In this document: positions 1 to 8,675 of the stretch, one piece after another
Layout of the letters: each line of letters starts with the position of its first letter
Position numbering within the stretch: the first letter of the stretch is position 1
Assembly: GCA_965203805.1 (NCBI GenBank)
Contig: OZ241917.1
Span: forward strand, 2,176,001 to 2,240,000
Reading direction: 5' to 3'
Length of the DNA: 64,000 nucleotides
Source of the DNA: Candidatus Latescibacterota bacterium
GTDB taxonomy: Bacteria; Latescibacterota; UBA2968; GCA-2709665
The notes under the pieces: model-generated
Seen by the model: only the letters and a program-made list of their open reading frames with translations
The model's database searches: none
Told to the model about the DNA's origin: nothing
Position numbers and translations under genes: made by a program

Positions 1-236
1 ACTTGAGAAAGCGAGTAGTACCCATTGACGGCTAAACCACCTCGTAGTCCGGATACAGTTTTTTCAGTTTGATGCGAGCATCGTTGGTCGTAAACTGCCA
101 ATTGACCGCCTTGCTTTTGTTGTTTCGGTCGTTCGCCCAGGCGGAAACCTGCTCTTTGAGGAATTCGATATCGGGGATGCGTTCCTTCAAGCATTGATTG
201 CTCAAGACGCTCATTTCGATCTCGGCGATGTTGAGC

Positions 237-255
237 CCTGCCTGCGGCAGGCAGG
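237..255. repeat. 19-bp palindrome CCTGCCTGC-G-GCAGGCAGG
   Basis: 9-bp perfect arms with a 1-nt centre, located exactly at the internal deletion of the transposase. Confidence 0.85.
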
Positions 256-315
256 CGGGCGTGTGCGTGTTGAGGTTATCACACACAAACACGACGGTTT
301 CAGCTTTTGGGTAGT

Positions 316-608
316 CCCACACCTGTCCAAAATCGATTTCTGTCTTGGACAGCATCTGGTTCACTTCCGCGAAGCAGCGCTTCGACCAAGGTAGCGTGAG
401 TTTCAAAAAGTGCCTATTTCACGGGCTTAATGAGACGGGAACAGCACGATTATGGCCACTGGATGAGTCACTTTGTTCTTGGACAGCATTGCGCAGACGA
501 TGGCAACCTGGTTTTCATTTTCCGGGTCAAACCCGTCCAAAATCGCCAATTGAAGCTATATTTCGAACCTTATCTCTGAGAATCCGACGGTTCTTGGACA
601 GCAGTGGG
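316..608. mobile_element. 293-bp MITE nested in IS630
   Basis: 5-bp target duplication gtagt (311-315 and 609-613). IRs cccacacctgtccaa / ttggacagcagtggg. Internal repeat tcttggacagca at 343, 477 and 592. No transposase. Confidence 0.88.
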
Positions 609-940
609 GTAGTCCATATCCAGGAGATCCTTGATCTCCTGGGCCCAGTCCAGTGCGGTCTTGCGTTGTCTGACACACACCTTGCGCCAGCCCGAAAGCG
701 GTTCGGTGAACATAAAGTTCACAGCGGTTCCGTTCCGTTCATACTCGTAGTCGTAGCGTTCAGGTTTGCCCGGACGTGTTGTGAGGGGAACACGCGTCTC
801 CTTGACCAACTGCACCGGGTGTTCGTCCATATTGACCACGGGCTTCAGGGCGTCGTACGGCCGCTGATAGACGTCCAAAATATCCTCCATCGCGGCGACA
901 AACGCGGCGTTCTGCTTGGGCGGAATCACCCAGCACCTTC

Positions 941-1396
941 TCAGGTGAGGCTTAAGTTTGTTTTTTTAAGCTTCCGTTGCACCGTTCGATATGAGATGCT
1001 ATCGACGATCTCTAAAGCCACCAGTTCATCGGCCAACAGCTTCAGCGTCCACCGCTTACGTCCCTTTGGAGGTTCACTGCAAGCCAACGCGATCAATCGG
1101 GCTTCCTTGGCGCCATCCAGCTTTCTTGGTGTGGGAGGATGCGCGCGCTTCTTTCGCTCGAGGGCTGAATCCAGGCCCTCCAGCACATAACGCTTCCGAA
1201 TGCCCTCAACCGTTGACCGATTGAACGAAAAGGCCTCCGTGATCTGTCGATCCAGCCAGGCCGGACCCTCTGCATCGGCCTTGAGAAGGACATGGGCGTG
1301 CCTTATTCGGAAGGCTTGTGTCTTGCCTTTGCTTACCAGATCCTGCAGTTGCTCGCGTTCTTCGGGCGTCAGACGCACAATGTATTTCTTCGGCAT
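941..1396 (-). CDS. IS630 transposase OrfA (HTH region)
   Basis: MPKKYIVRLTPEEREQL...RWTLKLLADELV. An A7C slippery site (T7 at 961-967 on +) shifts -1 into KKNKLKPHLRRCWVIPP of OrfB. Confidence 0.9.
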   Translation of the reverse strand: MPKKYIVRLTPEEREQLQDLVSKGKTQAFRIRHAHVLLKADAEGPAWLDRQITEAFSFNRSTVEGIRKRYVLEGLDSALERKKRAHPPTPRKLDGAKEARLIALACSEPPKGRKRWTLKLLADELVALEIVDSISYRTVQRKLKKTNLSLT

Positions 1397-1509
1397 GCCG
1401 ATGGCTCCTTCCGCTTCAGGGGAGACATCATACTATAGGCACGCGCAGTCTTAGAAGTCAATAGGTACTAATGGTATTCGCGAACTGCTCAGTAGAAAGG
1501 ATTCTTAAC

Positions 1510-2691
1510 GTGGTTCAATTCTGGATACTATTGATTCTGTTTTGGCCTGTTGCTATTCTTTCACAGACAACAACTCCTCGATCACCACAACCTTTGCGTT
1601 TTTCGTTTAGACCACATGAAGCAATAAAAGGTATGGTCTTTAGGGATACAGGCGAATATTATGCTGTCAAACCTCATGAAATGATAATAGGCACGCTTAT
1701 TGGTGATTTTAAGGGTATAGGTCAAAAAGGAGCATGGTTACGAATAATGACGACGCCGCATTATATGGACCACTTAGTTTTCTATGATCCTGAATCACAA
1801 CGCGAATTTTTCGGTCGGCAATTAACATCAGGTGAAGAGACAAACTGGTTTCAAGTAGATATTGAAGGCGATGGGATTCTGGAGCTGATGGTTGTCACTC
1901 CCTGGCTTTATAATCCGAAACGTTTTGAAACAGACGGGCTCATAAAACATCCTACCGTGACTATTTACCGTATAAGCAATGGCAATCTTATTCATAATGA
2001 GCAGGAGGAGTTCTATGGACAATGGGCTAGTGTGGGTAATATGACTGGTGATTTAAAAGATGAACTCATTTTGTTTCAGTACCCTAATCCTGACAATGAT
2101 TATTATAGAGGGCCTATTGATATTTTGGTTCTTTCTTGGAATAGAAATAAGTTTGAACAGATTGCCCAAGTTTCTTTACCCGCGATATACCTACATGTTG
2201 ATGTATTTGATATAAATAATGATGGTCGTGATGAGATTATTGCGCTGAAATCAGGTTACGATAAAACGGGCAAACCTCGGCCAATAAAGTTGGCGATTTA
2301 TTCTTATGTAGAGCATCCTGAGTTAGCTCTGATTGATGAAGTTGATTTTCAAATAGAATTAAGTGGTGTGAGGTGCCTAAACCACCTTTGGACGCAATCG
2401 TTGAAAAATGGAGGATATCGTATTATAGTACCTATTCCTGAAATATATGTGGAAGGTAAGGGTTTTCCTGGTATTTTGGAATATCGTAGTTATCGCTTAA
2501 TAGCGAATCGGTTGTTTAGAGATCCAGAGCCATTGGATTTTAAATGGGAGTCTTATAACGGCGATCTACCCTTGTCACTATCCTGGCCCCCTTCGCCGAA
2601 ACCGCAAGTTGTCAAAGGATATTTACAGATTCGTGATAAGAAAGGTATGGAATTTATAAGAGAAGATGCTTCGGACTCACCGAAGCAATAA
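1510..2691 (+). CDS. Secreted FG-GAP/VCBS-repeat protein
   Basis: Signal peptide after GTG 1510 (SD aaagga). Repeats DIEGDGILEL, GNMTGDLKDEL and DINNDGRDEI. Confidence 0.75.
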   Translation: MVQFWILLILFWPVAILSQTTTPRSPQPLRFSFRPHEAIKGMVFRDTGEYYAVKPHEMIIGTLIGDFKGIGQKGAWLRIMTTPHYMDHLVFYDPESQREFFGRQLTSGEETNWFQVDIEGDGILELMVVTPWLYNPKRFETDGLIKHPTVTIYRISNGNLIHNEQEEFYGQWASVGNMTGDLKDELILFQYPNPDNDYYRGPIDILVLSWNRNKFEQIAQVSLPAIYLHVDVFDINNDGRDEIIALKSGYDKTGKPRPIKLAIYSYVEHPELALIDEVDFQIELSGVRCLNHLWTQSLKNGGYRIIVPIPEIYVEGKGFPGILEYRSYRLIANRLFRDPEPLDFKWESYNGDLPLSLSWPPSPKPQVVKGYLQIRDKKGMEFIREDASDSPKQ

Positions 2692-2745
2692 AGCTCGGGA
2701 CACACTCTGGGCTTGTCGCGCTCGGTTCAGTTTGCTAGATTTCCA

Positions 2746-2841
2746 CTAGCGTCTTTTCCTGGGTCGTTTGCGCCAATGGCCTTGGACCCAGACCTTATCG
2801 GACCTGCGATCCTTACGGCGGCGCTGGTTCTTACTGGGCAT
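2746..2841 (-). CDS. 31-aa highly basic peptide (not in ORF track)
   Basis: MPSKNQRRRKDRRSDKVWVQGHWRKRPRKRR*, preceded by a strong SD (gaagggaggtga) just upstream of ATG. Confidence 0.6.
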   Translation of the reverse strand: MPSKNQRRRKDRRSDKVWVQGHWRKRPRKRR

Positions 2842-2870
2842 CGGAGTTCACCTCCCTTCAGACGCTATTC

Positions 2871-2901
2871 AGAACGCCTGTTCCTGCAGGCGTTCTTTTT
2901 T
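2871..2901 (+). terminator. Intrinsic terminator
   Basis: Stem agaacgcctg / caggcgttct followed by a T-run. Confidence 0.7.
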
Positions 2902-2992
2902 ATATAAAGATGCTGTCTTTTGTAATCACGATAGTTACTATTAAGGTGGCTTTAAATAACGTAACCTTTAATATTAACGAAGGTGATTATAA

Positions 2993-3325
2993 ATGTCAAC
3001 AGGCGGTATTGGCATTGCGCGTGATGAATTGGAGAAACTAGGCGCGGAAACCCTGCGGGATGAAGAACTGTTGGCAATACTTCTCCGGACCGAAGCAGAA
3101 AGAGCAGAGGGCATTTTGAAACAAAGCTCCTTACAAGTGCTAATTGGGATGCAACTATCTGAACTGATCGCCGTAAAGGGTGTTGGGAGGATAAAGGGAG
3201 CTGGATTGATCGCCGCGTTTGAACTCGCCAGAAGGGCACTTAACCAGGGCTTGGGGATAGAACCATCCATTACCAAGCTCGCTATACTGGTGAGGGTCTT
3301 CTTGTATATTTGGAACCATGTTTAA
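2993..3325 (+). pseudogene. radC: RadC (UPF0758) N-terminal fragment, JAB domain missing
   Basis: EKLGAETLRDEELLAILLRT...VKGVGRIK...AAFELARR. Similarity stops after IEPSITK. Confidence 0.8.
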
Positions 3326-3344
3326 AATGAGGGGTATACAACAT

Positions 3345-3911
3345 ATGAGAATCCCTATTATCATCCTACTGAGCCTGGGCCTATTGTCCTGTGGCACTGA
3401 TCCTACCTTTGCGCCGAATCCAGCAGAAGATTTGATTGGACAGTGGCAAGCTACTGAGATGGGTTTCTCTTATATTTTCTCAGGTCGGTTGTCCTATTAC
3501 TTATTAGACAAGAATATTGACAGCCTTCGAGTCCAGGCGCGATTACAGGCAGCTCGTGCAATAGCGGATACCTTTGTCGTATTTGAGCGGGTTCGTATTA
3601 CCGAGTTCAAAGAGGATGGGACTTATACAGATACAGAAGGGGGTGTTGGCCGGTGGAACGTGGAGTCTCGTGGAAATTATCTATTGAATCTGGTGGACTC
3701 AAGAGGACGGCAAATAGAGTATAGAATTCATCAGAGCAATTTTGATTATTTCGAAAAGGAGTTGAATAAGGAACAGTTTATGCATATATTAAGACAATTG
3801 ACAACTATAAGTGATGAGATGTTGGCTGTGATCGAGGTCGTATTTGATAAGAAGTATGTTGGCGATTACGGTATATCGTACGCGTACAGACGGAGAGGCG
3901 TGACACCATAA
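3345..3911 (+). CDS. Lipoprotein, lipocalin-like
   Basis: Lipobox LGLLSC; LIGQW and EFKEDGTY motifs; SD gagggg. Confidence 0.7.
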   Translation: MRIPIIILLSLGLLSCGTDPTFAPNPAEDLIGQWQATEMGFSYIFSGRLSYYLLDKNIDSLRVQARLQAARAIADTFVVFERVRITEFKEDGTYTDTEGGVGRWNVESRGNYLLNLVDSRGRQIEYRIHQSNFDYFEKELNKEQFMHILRQLTTISDEMLAVIEVVFDKKYVGDYGISYAYRRRGVTP

Positions 3912-3937
3912 CCCATCTTCATTGAAAGGGGATTCAC

Positions 3938-4174
3938 ATGTCTGCTCTCCCACTAGTACACCAACCCTCATTCAAATGGTTCTGCTGCCGCTACCTGCTC
4001 CGCGTGTTGTGTATCGACACCAGTTACAGCGACAAGCGGGCGGAGGTCTTCTTCAAGTGTCGAGACGGTCGCTACAAACCGGGTCGGCCCGGTATGCTGT
4101 GTGAGAAGCGCGCTTGTTTGAACTGTCGAAAAGAACACGGGATACCGAAGACAGTGCATCGGTTTTATTCCTGA
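3938..4174 (+). CDS. Small Cys-rich hypothetical protein
   Basis: SD gaaagggg; 7 Cys including CxxC; followed by a hairpin and a terminator. Confidence 0.45.
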   Translation: MSALPLVHQPSFKWFCCRYLLRVLCIDTSYSDKRAEVFFKCRDGRYKPGRPGMLCEKRACLNCRKEHGIPKTVHRFYS

Positions 4175-4217
4175 TTCTCTACTCGCGCGTTAGGTGTCCC
4201 TCCCTTCACCGAGCGCG

Positions 4218-4264
4218 AGAATCCCCCTGGGCGGCTGGAGAGAGGCCCAGGGGGATTCTTTCTT
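4218..4264 (+). terminator. Intrinsic terminator
   Basis: 15-bp stem agaatccccctgggc / gcccagggggattct followed by ttctt. Confidence 0.75.
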
Positions 4265-4332
4265 GACGTCCATTTTATCGTCTCCCTATATTGATGATGC
4301 TACCAATCATTATCAACGCAGGGAGGCTTGTT

Positions 4333-4587
4333 ATGTTTAGACGTAGAAAAAAGCAAGTAGATAAAGATTATGGTTTGGTGGATGGAACAGTAGAGGAAAT
4401 GGCGGTGGCGTTGGCTTTGACGATGATAGATGTCCTCCATACATTATCACCGACAATCCGTGCTCAGGTTGCATCGCGGATTCGAGAAAATCAGTTGCAA
4501 TTGGGAAATCTATCTTATACCTCAGAATTGGTGACTAAGAGGCAGGTGCAACGTATTCGGACTGTATTTATGAGAGCCTGTGAATAA
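4333..4587 (+). CDS. Hypothetical protein
   Basis: SD gggagg before ATG 4333; first gene of an apparent operon with the putAbiC-like gene. Confidence 0.55.
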   Translation: MFRRRKKQVDKDYGLVDGTVEEMAVALALTMIDVLHTLSPTIRAQVASRIRENQLQLGNLSYTSELVTKRQVQRIRTVFMRACE

Positions 4588-5262
4588 AAAGGGAGAATAA
4601 AGTAATATGAAATTGAGAATTCTTAGTGTGCAGAAATTGGTGTGGTTTGGAGTCGCTGTCTTGTTAGTTTGGGTTGCGGTTCCTGGGATAATTTGGTGGA
4701 TACTTGATGGATGGAGTTGGAGTGAACGGGGTCAATTTGGGGATATGTTTGGTACTGTGAATGCATTATTTGCAGGATTAGCCTTTGCGGGATTGTTATG
4801 GGCCTTAATGCTACAAAGAGAAGAATTGAAACTACAACGAAAAGAATTAAAATTACAGCGAGAAGAACTAATTGAAACACGGCAAGAGATTAAGGGACAG
4901 AAAGAACAATTAACAATTCAAGCTCAGACTTTACAAAGACAAAATTTCGAAGATACCTTTTTTCAGTTATTGCGTTTTCATAATAATATCGTTGATTCAA
5001 TAGTATATGAGGGTAATCGTATTGGCCGAAATGCTCTTGCGGCAATGCATAATGATTTTAAGAACACATATAAGGAATCGACATACGGACGTGATCATAG
5101 AGATATTTCGGTCAGATTTGGATACAACTCATTACACCTTATAGTAGCATCTTGATGCACTATTTTCAACATATATGTAATATTTTAGTTTTCGTAGATC
5201 AACATCCATTTTTACAAGAACAAAAGGATCGTCACTATTATGTAAATTTTATTAGAGGTATG

Positions 5263-6351
5263 CTAGTGTCTTGTCCCATGAATTAGTTCAAAAAGTCTAG
5301 TAATCTTGTCAAGGATCGATTCTGCGGTGGCGGTCCAGACGAACGGTCGTGAGTTGGTGTTGTAATGGTTGGTGAAATCCTGAATGTTGGCGATGAGGTC
5401 TTTCACCTTTTTGAAGGTCCCGCGTCGGATGGCTTTCTGGGTAATGATGCCGAACCAGATCTCGACCTGGTTGAGCCAGGACGCATAGGTCGGTGTATAG
5501 TGAACGTGGTATCGGGGCCTGGCTGCGATCCAGCGTTTGATTTTTTCGTGCTTGTGCGTGGCGTAGTTGTCGACGACGAGATGAATGTCAAGGTCCTTCG
5601 GGACGTTTTGGTCGATATATTTGAGGAATTGTAAAAATTCCTGGTGTCGATGTCGGGGTTTGCATTGGGCCAGCACCTTGCCGGAAGCGACCTCCAGCGC
5701 GGCGAACAAGGTCGTGGTGCCGTGCCGGATATAATTGTGGGTGACCCCTTCCACATAGCCCAACCCCAAAGGCAATATCGGCTGCGTTCGTTCCAATGCC
5801 TGGATCTGACTCTTTTCGTCAACGCATAATACCATCGCGTTGTCGGGAGGGTTCAGATACAGGCCGACAATGTCACGTACCTTCTCGACAAAGAACGGAT
5901 CATTGGACAGCTTGAAGTGTTTTTGTCGGTGCGGCTGTAGACCAAACGCTTTCCACACGCGCTGAACCGTGGACTTGGACAGTTGCGTCTGGGCTGCCAG
6001 AGAGCGGCAGGTCCAGTGGGTGGCTCCCGACGGCTTGTCTTTGAGCGTTGCATGAATCAGCGAGGCGATGCGCTCATCGCTGATCGACCGGGGGCCCCCG
6101 GGGCGCAATTCATCATAAAGCCCCATCAGACCTTGTTCTAAAAACCGACGGCGCCACTTCCCGACTGTGGCTCCCGACAGACCAAGCTGTCGTCCGATCT
6201 GCTGATTCGACAGCCCTTGATCACTCATCAGAACGATCTTCGCCCGGCACACAAGACTGTGCGACATGCTTCTTGAACGGGAAATGGTTTCCAGTTGCGC
6301 ACGAACCTCATCCCCAATACTCAGTGGCGCTAACGGACGTCCCCTGGCCAT
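5263..6351 (-). CDS. IS630 transposase
   Basis: CVDEKSQIQAL, VVDNYATHK and HYTPTYASWLNQVE motifs. Confidence 0.95.
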   Translation of the reverse strand: MARGRPLAPLSIGDEVRAQLETISRSRSMSHSLVCRAKIVLMSDQGLSNQQIGRQLGLSGATVGKWRRRFLEQGLMGLYDELRPGGPRSISDERIASLIHATLKDKPSGATHWTCRSLAAQTQLSKSTVQRVWKAFGLQPHRQKHFKLSNDPFFVEKVRDIVGLYLNPPDNAMVLCVDEKSQIQALERTQPILPLGLGYVEGVTHNYIRHGTTTLFAALEVASGKVLAQCKPRHRHQEFLQFLKYIDQNVPKDLDIHLVVDNYATHKHEKIKRWIAARPRYHVHYTPTYASWLNQVEIWFGIITQKAIRRGTFKKVKDLIANIQDFTNHYNTNSRPFVWTATAESILDKITRLFELIHGTRH

Positions 6352-6427
6352 AGATTCCTCCTTTCGCTATAGGGAATCTATGGCAAGTGAACTATTTTTG
6401 CAAGTTATTCCTGGGACGAAACACTAG
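5263..6427 (-). mobile_element. IS630-family insertion sequence (copy 2, intact)
   Basis: ctag at both ends. IRs ctagtgtcttgtcccatgaatta versus ctagtgtttcgtcccaggaataa. Confidence 0.95.
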
Positions 6428-6656
6428 CTTCTTATGAAATGACATTGCTCTTTTACTATTGTCTGATCTCAACTCGAACTGGACATATTTTGCAATCTTT
6501 AATTGAAAAGTACCATATATTTACTGATGTCCATGGTGAGTTATTTTTTGAACCAAGGCATCAAAATTATTTCGCACAATCGGCCTTTGATCAAGAATAA
6601 TTCATCTGTGATATCGGCGATTATTTATGGGAATCTATTGTTAGGAAAATAGATAA

Positions 6657-7391
6657 ATGTCGCGTGCCATTGAAGAAGAACCAGAAAATTTTATTGAACG
6701 ATATAATCGTCTTTTTAGTCTTGCACAAACAGCCTTTGAAAAATGGGCTAATAGTGAACGTACTAATCAGTTTCCACAAGTCGTAGTAAGTGGCGAGCCT
6801 ATTGATCTAGGTTTTAAATCTGTTGTTGATTTACTTCCTACAGAAACAACAGTGCTTGATCGTGACCATCTTATTGCTGTATATTGTGCAATTATTGAGG
6901 CTTATTTATATCGTAGCGGACATTGGTCTGCTGGACAGTTATTTAGGATATTTTCAAGTAATTATCAAAATATGCTTGAGGTAGAGAAACAATCAGTTAT
7001 TCAAAAAGGTTTCTCTATGGTTGTGCATAAGGTTGGCAGCGCTGAAGCATTGGAAGCAGTCACACCATTGAAAACCGTTACCAATGATCAATATTCAGAA
7101 CTTTATGAGGAATTGGTTGAAGACTGGGGAAACCCAGTGCAGAAAAAAGTAGCTGCAATAATGCGAGGGCAATTAAAATTCATCCATACTTTTCTTCCTC
7201 GACATAAAATAGGAGATAATTTTGAACGAGAACGAAGAGATCGGATAGAACCTTTACCACTTTATATACGAAATGAAATTCATCATCCAACTATAAAGGG
7301 ATTACCCGAGACCCCTGCATTTCGACGTGATAAAAGTATTGGCTATGCGATCATGGAAGTATGGCTATCTATAGAAAAAGATATGAATTAA
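6657..7391 (+). CDS. Hypothetical protein with C-terminal HEPN-like motif
   Basis: LPLYIRNEIHHP contains R-x4-H; preceded by TNDQYSELY. Confidence 0.6.
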   Translation: MSRAIEEEPENFIERYNRLFSLAQTAFEKWANSERTNQFPQVVVSGEPIDLGFKSVVDLLPTETTVLDRDHLIAVYCAIIEAYLYRSGHWSAGQLFRIFSSNYQNMLEVEKQSVIQKGFSMVVHKVGSAEALEAVTPLKTVTNDQYSELYEELVEDWGNPVQKKVAAIMRGQLKFIHTFLPRHKIGDNFERERRDRIEPLPLYIRNEIHHPTIKGLPETPAFRRDKSIGYAIMEVWLSIEKDMN

Positions 7392-7475
7392 AAAGTATCC
7401 TTGATTTTAAGGATACTTTTCTTTATGATATTTCCCGCTACTGATCACTATTTATCTTTACGCGGGGAGACTTTT

Positions 7476-7715
7476 ATGTCTGAACAGAATGAGCAAGGAA
7501 GGGTTGTATCGAAGTGGTATCAGGACAGTAAAGGAAATACGTCATCGGGCCGTATAATGTCGATGATTGCTTTGTGGGCCGGTATTGTAATCCTTCTCCT
7601 CTTAGCCTCGGGAAAGGCTTGCGAGGCTTGTGATTTGGATCTCGCGCTGGTTGCTCTTTTGGGCGGGGCTTTAGGAGGAAAAGCGTATCAAAGTAGATAT
7701 GAGAATACTCGCTAA
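7476..7715 (+). CDS. Small 2-TM holin-like protein
   Basis: SD ggggag; QDSKGNTSSGR followed by two hydrophobic helices and a charged tail. Confidence 0.5.
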   Translation: MSEQNEQGRVVSKWYQDSKGNTSSGRIMSMIALWAGIVILLLLASGKACEACDLDLALVALLGGALGGKAYQSRYENTR

Positions 7716-7954
7716 TCCTTTAAGACATCTTTAACCATCCCCTAAACTAAATCAAACCGGTCCTACTCTTCCATCTCATTTTGCTGAAGCGTTGGATCAT
7801 TGGCCGGAACCTCACGAAATAAGGGATATTGCTGATAAATTAGAAAATCTAACGCGAGAGGTACAAGAGATGGAAGAGCAACTTAAAGCAAGGAATATAC
7901 CCATTAGCTACGACTCAAAACATATCTCTAGTTATTAACCCATACCATCAATTG

Positions 7955-7992
7955 TAAACCCCTGGGCCGAGTAGCTCAGGGGTTTATTTTAT
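7955..7992 (+). terminator. Terminator hairpin at island edge
   Basis: taaacccctg / caggggttta stem with a T-rich tail. Confidence 0.65.
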
Positions 7993-8036
7993 TGTCTCTT
8001 AACCTATTTAGGGAAATATTGTTACCGTACTCCCTC

Positions 8037-8606
8037 TCACGCGGTCCAGCGCATGACGTCGTCGAGCGGTTTTCGGCGGGGGGACGGAATCTCACTCGGA
8101 TACCCCGTATAGAAGAATCCGATGATATACTCCCTGTCCCGGTCCACGCCGAGCAATTCGTAGGTTTCCTTCTGCATGGTAATGGGGCCCGTGCTCCACT
8201 GCATCCCCACCCCCAGTTCCCAGGCCGCGAGCTGCACGTTCTGCATGGCGCAGCAGACCGCCGCGTAGTCCTCCCGTCGCCGCTGTTCGTCTCCCTCCTG
8301 CACGCAGGAGACCGCGACGATCGTGGGTTTGGACATGAACTTGTCGTACCCCGCCTGCCAGAGCACCCTTCTGGCGTCTTCGCCGGCCTTTTCGGACGCC
8401 TTCCCCTCCTGGATGTCCCCATATCGCCGCGCCAGCGTCTCCTTCGTCGTTTCCCCCAGCACGACGAACCGCCAGGGCTCCGTCACGTGGTGGTTCGGCG
8501 CCCACAGGCCGAACTCGAAGATGCGCTTCAACATCTCGTCAGATACGGGCCTGGCGTTGAATTTGAAGATCGTCCGCCGCGCCTTCAACACATCGAGTAC
8601 GTCCAT
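8037..8606 (-). CDS. Nitroreductase family protein
   Basis: ARRTIFKF, WAPNHHVTEPWRF and QNVQLAAWELGVG motifs. Confidence 0.9.
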   Translation of the reverse strand: MDVLDVLKARRTIFKFNARPVSDEMLKRIFEFGLWAPNHHVTEPWRFVVLGETTKETLARRYGDIQEGKASEKAGEDARRVLWQAGYDKFMSKPTIVAVSCVQEGDEQRRREDYAAVCCAMQNVQLAAWELGVGMQWSTGPITMQKETYELLGVDRDREYIIGFFYTGYPSEIPSPRRKPLDDVMRWTA

Positions 8607-8675
8607 CCCGACCCTCCGAAAAATGAACAGGGCCCCCCGGCAACGTCTCTCCATGGGGACCTCACAGCCGTTTAA

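Larger units (their letters stand above)
32..967 (-). pseudogene. IS630 transposase OrfB (DDE domain), disrupted
   Basis: MDE..., DNLNTH and LNIAEIE motifs are present. Split by the MITE at 316-608 (rejoins as LLDMDYPKAETVVFVCDN) and lacks the roughly 30-aa ...HYTPxHxSW segment. Confidence 0.88.
16..1470 (-). mobile_element. IS630-family insertion sequence (copy 1, inactivated)
   Basis: Imperfect terminal IRs: tagtacccattgacggctaa (16-35) versus the reverse complement of 1451-1470, tagtacctattgacttctaa. TA at both ends and a split IS630 transposase inside. Removing the element restores an upstream reading frame ending ...LEKASNGIRELLSRKDS*. Confidence 0.93.
4607..6600 (+). pseudogene. Putative phage abortive-infection protein (putAbiC-like), frameshifted and IS-interrupted
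   Basis: N-terminal 2TM GQFGDMFG...QNFEDTFFQLL. Shifted frame near 5120-5140 gives HYFQHICNILVFVD...YVNFIRGML. Resumes after the IS at 6427 as ASYEMTLLFYY...LIEKYHIF...SAFDQE* (6600). Confidence 0.8.

Noticed and set aside
345-1190. 281-aa plus-strand ORF over IS630
   Set aside because: Antisense shadow of the transposase that starts inside the MITE; no recognisable motifs.
7964-7979. gggccgagtagctcag resembling a tRNA 5' end or att site
   Set aside because: No cloverleaf, T-loop or CCA follows; it is the inner part of a terminator hairpin.
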